From contig OX597816.1 of assembly GCA_951406725.2 (NCBI GenBank), forward strand, positions 68,634,001 to 68,698,000: a stretch of DNA of 64,000 nucleotides, in the 5' to 3' direction. This DNA is from Octopus vulgaris (lineage: Eukaryota). The position numbers and the translations under genes were made by a program. Shown piece after piece: positions 1-12,186 of this stretch (the first letter of the stretch is position 1; every line of letters starts with the position of its first letter). The notes beneath the pieces are model-generated. The model had not been told where the DNA came from and did not search any database. It was given only the letters and a program-made list of their open reading frames with translations.

Positions 1-128
1 ACTTCTAGATTCTTCTACATTCAGCCACTCTGACGTCACTCATTATAAAGAGACACTCATTATCGCCATGGGCTCCTTGAGAGCGGTCAGCTAAAAGTTT
101 TTTGTGCATTTTGATGTCGACATAAGTT

Positions 129-223
129 CCTTGATTTTCCTGATGAGAAATCTGCATAATGTACTCCTTATTCCTTCGGAATTAGGAATATGCAGCCTTC
201 GAAACATATGTCGAGAATAAAGG
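129..223 (+). ncRNA. Minimal type I hammerhead ribozyme (Penelope-type), intact core
   Basis: Stem I ccttgattttc/gagaataaagg; CTGATGA at 140-146; long stem II 147-200; GAAAC 201-205; palindromic stem III ACATATGT; GTC cleavage triplet 210-212. Confidence 0.8.
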
Positions 224-299
224 ATATTTGTTAACTAGTCGTTCAACTCAATTCTTTCATATACTTATAATTTTAAAATATATATGTATATATATATCA

Positions 300-447
300 T
301 TATTATTTACTCGGAGTTTTACGACGAACGGGAACGTGAAACAGGTTTTGTTGAATTTCTGCTGCTTTTAAATAAAGCATATTACTCTACCCCTGGTATT
401 TGAGTACTCTTTTTTCCCACCTTGTTTCACATATATGTGTTTACTCC

Positions 448-450
<3 letters not shown>
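300..450 (+). mobile_element. Penelope-like terminal repeat remnant between (TA)n tracts, with a degenerate hammerhead-like motif
   Basis: tacgacga-acg-ggaa-cgt-GAAAC-aggt at about 320-347; AATAAA downstream; TA-repeat flanks. Confidence 0.4.
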
Positions 451-498
<48 letters not shown>

Positions 499-1636
499 GT
501 GTATCTGAATATATATATGTGTGTGTGTATATATTTATATATGGGTATCTGTATATATATATGTGTGTGTGTGTGTATGTATATATGTACATACATATGT
601 GCATATCGATCTTTCTATCTCTCTCTCTCTCTTTCTCTTTCTCTTTCAATATTTATAAATTATAAAGAAAGACACCTCCTTTGTAAGAAGGAGAAGATAT
701 TCTATGGGTTACACTTCAGCGACCAGTATATATTGCGTCTGGACATGCCTAGACATATTAAGCATAAACATACAAATAATCATTGTGTGTGTATGTGCGT
801 GTATATATGTATTAATGTGTGTATATATATATCTGGATAAATATATATATAATTATATGCATACATGTATACATATATAACATATATACATATGTGTGTG
901 CGAATGAATGTATATTCGAAAACAATTATTGTTTTCTGATTATTCTTTAATACAATATTATGGACATATAGACATCATAACTTGAGACAAACCAATCAGA
1001 GAACGCGGTGCAAAATTTATTAGGTCTTCACGTGTCTGTTTCGTATTGATTATTTTTGCTCATGTTTGAAATGGAGGTGTTCTGTGTGGTACGTAGACGA
1101 GGAAAACTTAAACTAATTCTTAATGGTTTCCATACGTTAGTGACAAGACTGTCCACCACAAGGTCACATATTGCAATGTGACAAGTATTAGACATGTTAA
1201 AGTGGAATTTCTACAGACGGAAATGAAATTCAAAGCCAAAGATTTGACCAAAACCACGCAGCCGATCGAACAATCAGTGAAGCAGAAAAGGCTGTCATTA
1301 AAACGCTGTAAATAGCTGCTAACCTGATGAACAGAAACCAGGTGTCATCCAATGCATTTATTTATTTAGATAATCAATTTAACACTTTTTGGGCCATACC
1401 AAGCCCAAAATATTTCCCCAAATATTCGACCTGTTGTATGTTCAAACCGACCACATCTGATCTGTCATACCTATCGTACAATGTCATTCTATTATCGAAA
1501 TCTTGAAGTTATGAGACATAGCAAAGTTATTTAGAAAGAATTTAAATAAGTATCATGTTTCACACAGATATATGAATGCTAAAGTGTGAATCTACCGCAT
1601 AAAGCCAGTAAACCACGAGAAACTGAGATAAGGTAT

Positions 1637-2049
1637 CTCTTTTACTCTTTTACTCTTTTACTTGTTTCAGTCATTTGACTGTGGCCATTCGGGAGCACCT
1701 CCTTTAGTCGAGCTAATCGACCCCAGGACTTATTCTTTCTAAGCCTAGTACTTATTCTATCGGTCTCTTTTGTCGAATCGCTAAGTTTCGGGGACGGAAA
1801 CACACCGGCATCGTTTGTCAAGCGATGTTGGGAGGACAAACACAGACACACAAACACATACACATACACTCACACATACATATACATATATACGGCGGGC
1901 TTCTTTCGGTTTCCGTCTACAAAATCCACTCAAAGGCTTTGGTCGGCCTGAGGCTATAGTAGAAGACACTTGCCCAAGGTGCCACGCAGTGGGACTGAAC
2001 CCGGAACCATGTGGTTGGAAAGCAAGCTTCTTACTACACAGCCACTCCT
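1637..2049 (-). mobile_element. tRNA-derived CORE-like SINE with internal microsatellite (family A)
   Basis: Minus strand reads ggagtggctgtgt...gggttcagtcccactgcgtggcaccttgggcaagtgtctt with a (GTAAAAGA)n tail; at least 9 copies in the window. Confidence 0.85.
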
Positions 2050-2649
2050 AAAAACTATAATAAACGAAGAAACCAAAAAGTGAAATAATGAAAATGACTG
2101 ACGAAGTAAGATAAGGAAAAATATTAGAGATATAGAACTGTGAAGAGTTTCGTTTTTTTAAATCTTTTTGAAGCCTCCATGAATTTATTGCTGTTGGATC
2201 CTTAAAAATCCCTTTTAATGACAGTACCCCACTTTTTCTTTTATTTTGGACCGTTTTCAAAATGGTTTCCCAAAATTCCTTCCCTAAGAACTTGCTAGTA
2301 GTCTTCCTACAAAAAAAAAAATAGGTATCTAAAAACTGTTTCATGTCGTTGATCCAATGAAAGCCCGAAGATGATAAATATGACAATCTTGTCTTCAACT
2401 GATGTTGCACAGGTAGTTCAAAACCTTGCTGGGGCTGTGCGATCAACATGGAAACATCTGCCTGAAGCATTTAATAAACTGTCTTAAAATTAGCTACGAT
2501 GTGGATGATGCAAAAATGAGCGTTTACTATAACAAGTTTTGACTATACAGGTACGTGCACAAAATGACGCCACGCAAACTTAATCTCATTGAATCTTAGA
2601 AAAAATATATTTAACAAACAAGTTCCCATTCATTATCAATCCTCCATAA

Positions 2650-2812
2650 TTTCGGCTGTCATCACGTTCTGGGTTCAAATTCCACCGAGGTCGACTTTGC
2701 CTTTCATCCTTTCGGGGTCGATAGAATAAGTACCAGTGAAATACTGGGTTCAATGTGGTCGATTTACCCCTCTCCACAAAATTCAGGCCTTGTTCCTATA
2801 GTAGAAAGGAGT
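2650..2812 (+). mobile_element. MetaSINE-like tRNA SINE (family B), partial
   Basis: gttcaaattcc B-box followed by gcctttcatcctttcggggtcgata..aagtacc, resembling the Meta domain. Confidence 0.75.
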
Positions 2813-2955
2813 ATTAATCCTACATAAAGAAACTTGGGGACCTCATTTCCCGCAAAACAAATATAAATCTTGACGGCGAACTATCAGGAAATAGGGATTT
2901 TATGCCGGTGAAATTTTTGGTGAACCATGAACAATACATCACTACGCATTGACTA

Positions 2956-3161
2956 CAAAGGGGCACTGAAAAGCTCCTGGCTTTGGGTTTTAGAAAATAC
3001 AAGAGGATCAGTTAATTATGAATTTTTTTATTCAACATATTCCCCTCTGAGATTCATATAATCAGTGCAGCATACCTTCAGTTTTTCTAAGCCCTATAAA
3101 AGAATTGGGAAGTTTCGGCTTCCAGTCCCTTAAAGCCCAGAACTTTTCTGCCCCACCTCCG
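2956..3161. mobile_element. mariner-derived MITE
   Basis: Imperfect TIRs (caaaggggcactgaaaagctcctggcttt / aaagcccagaacttttctgccccacctccg), TA on both sides; internal minus-strand transposase C-terminal remnant RGEYVE*. Confidence 0.55.
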
Positions 3162-3254
3162 TAAACGACTAGAAAGCATTGGTAATTGGGCATCATGCTA
3201 TTAATGATCAAGTAATTAATTATAAACGATCAGTATCACCTAAATTATGAAGTC

Positions 3255-3298
<44 letters not shown>

Positions 3299-3431
3299 AT
3301 TTTTATAATTATACTCATAATTATAAAAAATGTTGTTTAAGTTTACCGATAATGGTTCTTTTTACATACCGAGCTACTTGGTAAAATTATTAATTATTAA
3401 TTAATTAATTAATTAATTAATTTTACCCTTT

Positions 3432-3474
<43 letters not shown>

Positions 3475-4689
3475 GCATACACACACGCGCATACACACAC
3501 ACACGCGCATGCACACGTTCACACACGCATGTAATGTGAAATTATTCCACACAATTTAGGAGCATTTCTGACAATTTCATTGGGATACCAAGATAATGGT
3601 AAATTTCCTTACAACAAGGAAGTTCGTGTTTGTACACGATGGAAATGGCTAATTTGAAATGAATCAGACCAGGTCGAATAACTGGTTTTGGGTGGGCGAT
3701 CAGCTTTTCCCATTCCATGAAATCCCTTGTGTTTTCTTCCAATATTTCTTGAATATCTTGCCGTCTTGTTATTATTATTGTTGTTAGGATAATCCTGTCA
3801 TTATTTTCTGACATGGCGTTCCGCGGATTAAATTCTCCAATGTTTCCTTTTAGGTGGCAGATGGCATTTTATAGAAGATTTGACCGATATTGTTCGCAGA
3901 TCAAGCGACGGCATGGAGGCCTCACCGCAATGAAATGAAGTGTAAGTCGTGAGAATGTGTGAACATTTCCGACTTCCAGTAAATTTCATAAAATTTTAAG
4001 GCTGAGAACAAGTAAACTAGTAGAGTAGTTCAAAATGTCGAATAGAATGCTTTGAGGTATTCAATCAGACTTTCTGCGTACTGATGCCGAACACTCACGC
4101 GGCCAAATTTCCTTCATCCTTTCAAGGTTGATAAATAAAATGCTAAAAGGAAGCTATAATACACTCTTTTGTGCAACACAAAAAATCGTACATAGACATA
4201 TCTTTAAAAATCTCTTCTGCGCATGCAGAATGCTTTCGGACCTCTAAAGTAAAAATCTACCGTATACATGTAATGTTACCCAAGTATATACAATGGCCTC
4301 TTTCACAAAATATTCTAATGTTCACAACAGCAAAGCATTTGATTTCATTCATTATTACTCATGTATAATCAATATATTCAGCAACCTGTCGAGAAACATT
4401 ATAAAATGTTGACTAGACAATTAAGTATCACGTCGACAAACGTATATAAAGTGCTATGTAGTATGATATCTGAAGTCTGAAATGTTGTACCAGAAGGATT
4501 CATTCCCTATCTCTTTCTGTTTAGATTATATCTGCACCATTTTCCTACGTCTCGTGGGCACAGTGCAGACACACAGTATTGTTATAAGGTTTGGCAATAT
4601 GTGGAAGGGTGAGATTACCATAGACATATAAGTATTCATGTCCTTCGGGATCGCAAATCAATACCAGAATTTTGTGGTGCGAAGGGGGC

Positions 4690-5700
4690 TGAGAGGAAGC
4701 TGTCACAAGCATTAGCACGCCGGGCGAAGTGCGTAACCGTATTTCGTCTGCCGCTACGTTCTGAATTCAAATTTTGCCGAGGTCGACTTTGCCTTTCATC
4801 CTTTAAGGGTCGATTAAATAAGTACCAGTTACGCACTGGGGGTCAATATAATCGACTTAATCCGTTTGTCTATCCTTGTTTGTCCTCGCTGTGTTTAGCC
4901 CCTTGTGGGTAGTAAAGAAATGAGTATTTCGTCTGTCTTTACGTTCTGAGTTCAAATTCTGCCGAGGTCGACTTTGCCTTTCATCTTTACAGGGTTGATA
5001 AATTAAGTACCAGTGAAAGACTGGGGCCGATGTAATCGACTTATACTCTCCCGCCAAAAATGTCTGCCATTGTGGCAAAATTTGAAACCATTATTCTTAT
5101 TCTTATAATTCTTAAGTCAGCGAGCTGGCAGGATCTTTACCTCGCTGGACGAAATGCATAGCGGTATTTCGTCTGTCGCTACGTTCTGAGTTCAAATTAC
5201 GCCGAGGTCAACTTTGCCTTTCATCCTTTCGGGGTCGATTAAATAAGTACCAGTTACGCACTGGGGTCGATATAATCGACTTAATTCGTTTGTCTGTCCT
5301 TGTGGGTAGTAAAGAAATAGGCATTTCGTCTGCCGTTAGGTTCTGAGTTCAAATTCCGCCGAGGTTGACTCTGCTTTCATCCTTTCGGGGTTGATAAGTT
5401 AAGTACCAGTTACGCACTGGGATCGATGTAATCAACTACACCCTTCTCCAGAATTTCAGGCCGTGTGTCTTTAGTAGAAAGGATTATTATTTGTTCTTAA
5501 GGCGACGAGCTGCCAGAGTCGTTAGCACGGCGGGCAAAATGCTTAACAGTATTTCGTCCATCATTACATTCTGAGTTCAAATTCCACCGAGGTTGACTTT
5601 GCTATTTAAACCTTCCGGTCTCGATGAAACACTGGGGTTGATGTAAACCGATTATCACCTTCACCCAGAATTGCAGATCTTGTGCCTATAGCAGAAAGGA
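4690..5700 (+). mobile_element. Tandem array of MetaSINE-like family B units
   Basis: About five repeats of gtatttcgtc...gttcaaattccgccgaggtcgactttgcctttcatcctttcggggtcgat. Confidence 0.85.
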
Positions 5701-6049
5701 TTGTTATTGTTATAAGCACTCTCCCAACAAGTATAACAACTTCTCCTTTCGACGGGCTTCAACAGTATTCTCAACAATATTATTCCGAGCCAAGTTTTGC
5801 TACGTTTCTAAATTAAATAAAAAAAAAAACAAAAAAAAAAAAACGCGCTGTGCATCTGTTACATTTTCTTCGATGTAAATATAACAGACGAACATAAACA
5901 CTAAACAACTTCAAGGTACTGATAAGTAATAACTGAAAGAAAAGGAATCAGTGCATTTAAGGAAATGAAATAAAGATTACCAGTCAGCTTAGAGCATAGA
6001 AGAATTGCAGCTTCACACATGCACAAACGCGTGAGTATATATATATATA

Positions 6050-6086
<37 letters not shown>

Positions 6087-6154
6087 TCATGCGTGTGTGC
6101 ATGTGTGAAGCTGCAATTATGGTTATATAGACATGTCTCTCTATATTTATGTAC

Positions 6155-6203
<49 letters not shown>

Positions 6204-6667
6204 CATACATACAAATAAACGCGCACGTACACCCACATATACACACACACATACATATATATATAATATAAGTGGGTGGGCGAAATTTAATTAACTTTAT
6301 TGCTGGTGGAACCTGAATTCAACGGCAAATAGATGTTTACGTTTGTAAACAAAACGAAACGTGCTAATACAAAGGCCGAAAATAATTGTGAAAATTCTTA
6401 AGAGATTATCAGAATATGAATGTATAGATTTTAAAATGCAACGGCCAGTTCCCCACTCGTAGTTTCTCAAGTATTAATATATTTTGTATGAAATCGTGCG
6501 TGTGCGTGTGTGTGGTTATTTATATTCACACATACATAAGCACGCACACACATACATACACACACGCGCGCGGCGCAAACATATATACATACACAATATA
6601 TATATTGATAATTATCTATATTCATCTCTAAGTATGTAATCGTCTATATATCTACCTTACCATATTT

Positions 6668-6788
<121 letters not shown>

Positions 6789-6918
6789 GCTCTCTCTGTC
6801 TGTCTATGTATCTATCGATCTATCTATATTTCTGTGTCAGTCTATACATGCATACATGCAAATATGCATTATGTACCCACACAGACACGCACACACGCAT
6901 ACACCCATTCTCACGCAC

Positions 6919-6965
<47 letters not shown>

Positions 6966-7053
6966 TAGAGTGGTGACATTTAAAGTGGTTAGGACTATAA
7001 ATAATTCTAGATAAATATTGTGTTAAAACACCCATTTGTGCAACAATCGGCGA

Positions 7054-7449
7054 CAGCTACACACGAGATTCCAACCAACATTCCGGGTTCAGTCCCACTG
7101 TGTGGAACCTTAGGCAAGTGCCTTTCTGCTATAGCCTCGGCCTTACCAAGGCCTTGTTAGTGAATTTGGTAGCCGGAAACTGAAAGAAGCCCGTCGTATA
7201 TATATATATGTGAGTGTATGTGTGTGTCTTTGTGTCTGTGTTTGTCACCCGACCATCGCTGGACAACCGATGCTGGTGTGTTTACGCCCCCGTAACATAG
7301 GGGTTTCAGCAAAAGAGATCGATAGGATAGGTACTAGGCTTACAAAGAATAAGTCCTGGTATTGACTTGTTCGAGTAAAAACTCTTTTAGGCGGTGCTCC
7401 ATCATGGTCGCAGTCAAATGCTTGAAACAAGTAAAAGAAATAAAAGAAT
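7054..7449 (+). mobile_element. SINE family A copy
   Basis: Same head, body and tail as 1637-2049. Confidence 0.8.
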
Positions 7450-7503
7450 ATATATATATACATATGCATACATACATACATACATACATGCATACATACA
7501 TAT

Positions 7504-7561
<58 letters not shown>

Positions 7562-8164
7562 CGTAAACACAGATCCCAGTGTCCAAGATAAATGCTTCGT
7601 ACTGAAGTTTAATCCGCAATGGCTGAAATGTTGCCTTGGGTTACATTTTACTCTTATTTTGAAGAACGTCCCAGATTATGCGACTTAGTTCTTATAGAAG
7701 CCGAATTCTATTATCAATAATGAATGTATATATAGTAGGCGCTGGCAAGGCTGAGTTTCCGGTTCAGTCAAACTGTGTTGCTCTTGGCAAGTTACTTCTG
7801 TAACAGCTCCGAGTAGACCAAAACCTTTCGAGGAGATTTAGTTGACGGGAACTGTATATGAATTTTTTTCACCAATCATTGCTTGATAACTGGTGTTGCT
7901 TTCCTTTTCGTACTTTCGCGTATCCTAGCGGTTCAACAAAGGTGGCTGATAACTTAGAGGTCAAACTTTACAAAAAGTAAAAATAATGGGATTTGATCGT
8001 CTAAACCCCTTCCAGCATGGCGGTTGTGCAAATCAGTGCAACACATATTTTAAACAGTCACATGAAGATATTATGGAAGGAAATATTCTCAGTGATGAAA
8101 CCTGGAAAAGTAAGAGATCGTGTATACTTTAAAATGAAAGAGTCTGAAATCAATTGCCACCATA

Positions 8165-9061
8165 CGAGGGTAATTCTAAAAGTAAGGTCTCCAAAGCACT
8201 AGGGACGCAGGGAAATTGTACGTGCAGCTATTAGCAACACTGGTGGGTTTGTTGTGCATGCGCCTGCCCCCTCCCCAGCACGCGCCTCGCTGCCACGCTC
8301 AGTCTTGGCTTGGCAGTCGTATCTGCTGGAGCTCCCGATTGACGCTACCAGCAAATGTGAAGTTCGCGCAGGTCTTCGGTTTTTGATTGCAAAAGGCATT
8401 AAACCGATTGAAATTCATCGCTAATTAACAGAAGTGTACGGCAAATCGTGCATGGTGTCAAAAACATCCGCTGGTGGTGTAGAGAGTTTGCAGCTTGTCG
8501 TACTGAAATTCATGATGAAGAAAGAAACGGGTGACCATCAATTTCCGACGAGACAGTCGCGAAGGATTGAGCAGATGCTGCATGAAAATCAACGCATCAT
8601 TCTGGATGATCTCCGCATTTTGGTTCCTGAGGTTTCCCGAAGCACCATTCATAGGTTTTTGCGCGAAAAGTTGCAATATCGTAAGGTGTGCACAAGATGG
8701 GTCCCACGAATGCTCACAGAAGACCATAAACGGCAACACACCTTATAGTCCAGACTTGTCACCCAGTGACTACCACCTGTTCCCTGAATGGAAAGAACAT
8801 TTGGCTGGAACGCGCTTCAGCAACGACAACGAGGTGAAATATGAAGTTCAACGCTTCCTCAACGACATGGCGGTGAGCTGGTATGAGAGAGGTACACAAA
8901 AACTGCCCCTGCACCTACAAAAATGCATCGACCGAAATAGCAATTATATAGACAAAAAAAGATGAACGTTCAGACTTTAAAATGATGTAAACATCATTGA
9001 CAATAAACGTATCTGTGATTTCTAAGTATTTTTGGAGACCTTAATTTTGGGAATACCTTCG
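8165..9061 (+). mobile_element. Internally deleted mariner transposon
   Basis: TIRs cgagggtaattctaaaagtaaggtctcc / ggagaccttaattttgggaataccttcg; TA at 8163-8164; remnants WVPRML and PYSPDLSPSDYHLF...KCIDRNSNYI. Confidence 0.9.
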
Positions 9062-9569
9062 GATTTTCCATTAGTATTCCCTGTTCAATTATCAATATGT
9101 ACATTAAAAAGGAAATTATTCTTAAAATGATTATTTCGAATGTTTACGTTCTGTTTTCTGTAAACGAAAATTAATTAGTAAAATATATAAAGAATTTTTA
9201 AATTTTAGAAGTCAGGATGCTCTTTATTTAAATGGAATAGTTGAGAAAAATGTTTTTTACGAATATTATTATAAGTGGATTCATTTTATGCGATTTCCAA
9301 TTTAACATCGCTTAGATGTGCTTGTACAGTGTCCTCTTGAAAATATTGGTCATATCTAAGGTGGCGAACAAAGCGCTTGGTAGCACTTCTGAGTTCGAAT
9401 TCCACCGAGCTCAGCTTTGCCTTTTATCCTTTCGGAATGGATAAAATAAATACCAGTTGAACACTGGGGGTGATGTAACCGACTTAGCTCCTTCATCAAA
9501 CTTGCTGGCCTTGTGCCAAAATTTGAGACTAATGTTTGTGTGTGTGTGTGGTTGTTTGTTTCTTCTCGA

Positions 9570-9835
9570 GCCACGCTTGGCTCAGAAGGGCCGGCTTCCT
9601 GGTTTTCTTGGCGTATAGGTTCCCCACATGGACGGGGCTTCGGTCAGCCGCAGGTGAGCTGCAAGATGCAGGAGGAAAGAGTGAGAGAAAGTTGTGGCGA
9701 AAGACTCAGCAGAAGTTCGCCATTACCTTCTGCCGGAGCTGCATGAAGCTTAGGTGTTTCGCTCATAAACACACATCGCTCGATCTGAGATTCGAACCCG
9801 CAATCCCTCGACCGCGAGTCCGCTGCTCTAACCAT
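9570..9835 (-). mobile_element. tRNA-derived OR-like SINE (family C variant)
   Basis: Minus head tggttagagcagcggactcgcggtcgagggattgcgggttcgaatc (A/B boxes); body similar to 53412-53713. Confidence 0.7.
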
Positions 9836-10262
9836 GTATCTCCACGTGTGTGTATATACTTATGATTAAATGAGATACATAAATGATATAACCATATCAA
9901 AGTAAATCACGCCACAATAATTAGACAATAAAGACCAATTCGTTCGGTAATCCATTATGACGACACTGAAGGCATCGATGAAATGAAATTCACTCTTGTT
10001 TGGAAATCAGCAAATTTAATAGCATCCAAAATATCCAAAAACGAATGAGTGTATGCGTGTGTTGATGTATAGACGATGTGAGATAAGCTCCAGCATAATT
10101 TTATATTTATTATTTCAAAACGTAAGGCTGCTAGCTAGCAGAATCTTCAGCACACCGGGTGAAATGCTTAGCAGCATTTCATCTGTCTCCATGCTCTGAG
10201 TTCAAATTCCTGCCGAGGTGCACTTTGCTTGTCATCTTTTCAGGGTGGATAGAATAGTACCA

Positions 10263-10695
10263 TAGGCGCAGGAGTGGCTGTGTGGTAAATAGTTTGCTTA
10301 CCAACCACATGGTTCCGGGTTGATTCCCACTGCGTGGCCCATTGGGCAGGTGTCCTCTACTATAGCCTTGGGCCGACCAAAGCCTTGTGAGTGGATTTGG
10401 TAGACGGAAACTGAAAGAATCCCGTAGTATATATATATATGTATGTGTGTGTGTGTGTGTGTGTGTGCGTGCGTGTATGTGTTTGTGTTTGCATTTGTCT
10501 CCCAACATTGCTTGACAACAGATGCTGGTGTGTTTACTTATCCGTAATCGGCGGTTCGGCAAAAGAGAATGATAGAATAAGTACTAGGCTTACAAAGCAG
10601 AAGTCCTGGAATCGATTTGTTCGACTAAAGGTGGTGCTCCAGCATGGCAGCAGTCAAATGACTGAAACAAGTAAAAGAATAAAAGAATAAAAGAA
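10263..10695 (+). mobile_element. SINE family A copy nested in a family B SINE
   Basis: Family B sequence stops at ...gaatagtacca (10262) and resumes at taccagttgaacactgggg (about 10696). Confidence 0.8.
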
Positions 10696-10911
10696 TACCA
10701 GTTGAACACTGGGGCAATGTTAACGACCCACCCCAAAATTGCTGGCCTTGTGTCAAAACATCAATCAATACTTTAAAATTATCTTCTGCTTTCGAACTTG
10801 GTAATTGCAAATGGAAAATAAATTAAATAAATGAATTTGGTCTTGATTTAAAGTATGGGGTTAGTGTTTGGAATTAGATTTAGGATTTACGGCTAGGTTA
10901 CCATTTAGAGT

Positions 10912-11013
10912 CCGAAATGATGTGTTAACAACAAACAAGATCAGGACAAATATCCGACAAATATAAATAATGTAAATAATGTACATAATTCCTCGACTCT
11001 TAAATACAGAACT
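10912..11013 (+). mobile_element. 5'-truncated tail of the tRNA-head/hammerhead element (see 15103-15391)
   Basis: ccgaaatgatgtgttaacaacaaacaagatcaggacaaatatcc...cttaaatacagaact matches the reverse complement of 15103-15195. Confidence 0.7.
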
Positions 11014-11189
11014 GTAGTGAAATGATGTTGTTGCATTCATTTTGTGTATAAATAAAATATGAAAATTATGATAATACTGGATTACAAGGTACATATATTC
11101 ACACACACGCGCACGGACACACACATACATTTATATAAAGGAACTCTTCAACTCGAAGCAGATAGAGCTATAAATAAAAGCGTATAAAC

Positions 11190-11572
11190 ATTATTTTCTG
11201 CTCTAGGCACATAACCCGAAAGTTTTGGGAAAGGAAGCTAGTCGACTAGATCGAACCCAGTATGCGACTGGTACTTAATTGATCGAACCCAAAAGATAAA
11301 AGGCAAAGTGGACCTCGGCGGAATTTGAACTCAAAACATGAAAACAGACGAAACATCTATTTCTTTACTGCCCACAAGGGGCCACACACAGAGGGGACAA
11401 ACAAGGACAGACAAATGGATTAATTCGATTATATCGACGCCAGTACGTAACTGGTACTTATTTAATCAACCCCGAAAGGATGAAAGGCAAAGTCGACCTC
11501 AGCGGAATTTGTACTCAGAACGTACCGGCATTTCGTCCGGCGTGCTAGCATTTCTGCCAGTTCGCCACCATA
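11190..11572 (-). mobile_element. MetaSINE-like family B dimer
   Basis: Two Meta-domain units on the minus strand. Confidence 0.8.
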
Positions 11573-11820
11573 AGAGCATATAAATAGTGTAAAAAATGGC
11601 ATCAACTATATATATATATATATACACAGACATAAGCTCACACACATATGTATACATGCATATGTACATACACACGTGTGCACGGATTAGTGTGTGTATG
11701 TGCAGGTTTCTATATATAGTTGATAAAGGAATGTTTTTATGTAGAAGCAATTTAACCAAATATTAGTCTCAGTAAAAGCATTGAACGAACGTACAAATGG
11801 ATAAATTTATATATATATAT

Positions 11821-11854
<34 letters not shown>

Positions 11855-11885
11855 TCATCTTTGTATGTATAAAACATACATTTGT

Positions 11886-12186
11886 ATTTACGGAGATGTA
11901 CTTGCATAGCAAGTGATTTGATCTGAGATCGTGTGCTGAAACGAAAACAATTGCAGCGTGGAAGGTGTTTGTAAGCCATTTAAGAAACACAAAAAGCCTT
12001 TCGATTCACTTCAACATTTAAGTTTAATTTGTCAAAATATTTTCGTCGCTTTAAGACCGCGACCTGTTCACTGACACGGATTTTTGTCAGTGAACAGGTC
12101 GTGGTCTTAAAGCGACGAAAATATTTTGACAAATTAAACTTAAATGTTGAAGTGAATCGAACGGCTTTTTTGTGTTTCTTAAATGG
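11886..12186. mobile_element. Penelope-like terminal repeat forming a foldback with 100-bp arms, each arm carrying a hammerhead-like motif
   Basis: 11976-12076 is the near-perfect reverse complement of 12085-12186 (8-nt loop); a further copy lies at 26060-26250. Confidence 0.7.

Noticed and set aside
400-840. Long ORFs rich in IY/CV/HT/MYVC repeats throughout the track (also 27950-28534, 51479-52087, 63345-63988)
   Set aside because: Translations of microsatellites or low-complexity DNA, not genes
1320-1350. CTGATGA..GAAAC hammerhead-like words
   Set aside because: Only 3 nt between the motifs; no stem II or stem I
2048-2470. 140-aa minus ORF, possible Tc1 remnant
   Set aside because: No clear catalytic motif or TIR pair identified
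4690-5700. CRISPR-like regular repeats
   Set aside because: Units are long SINE modules without unique spacers; eukaryotic context, no cas genes
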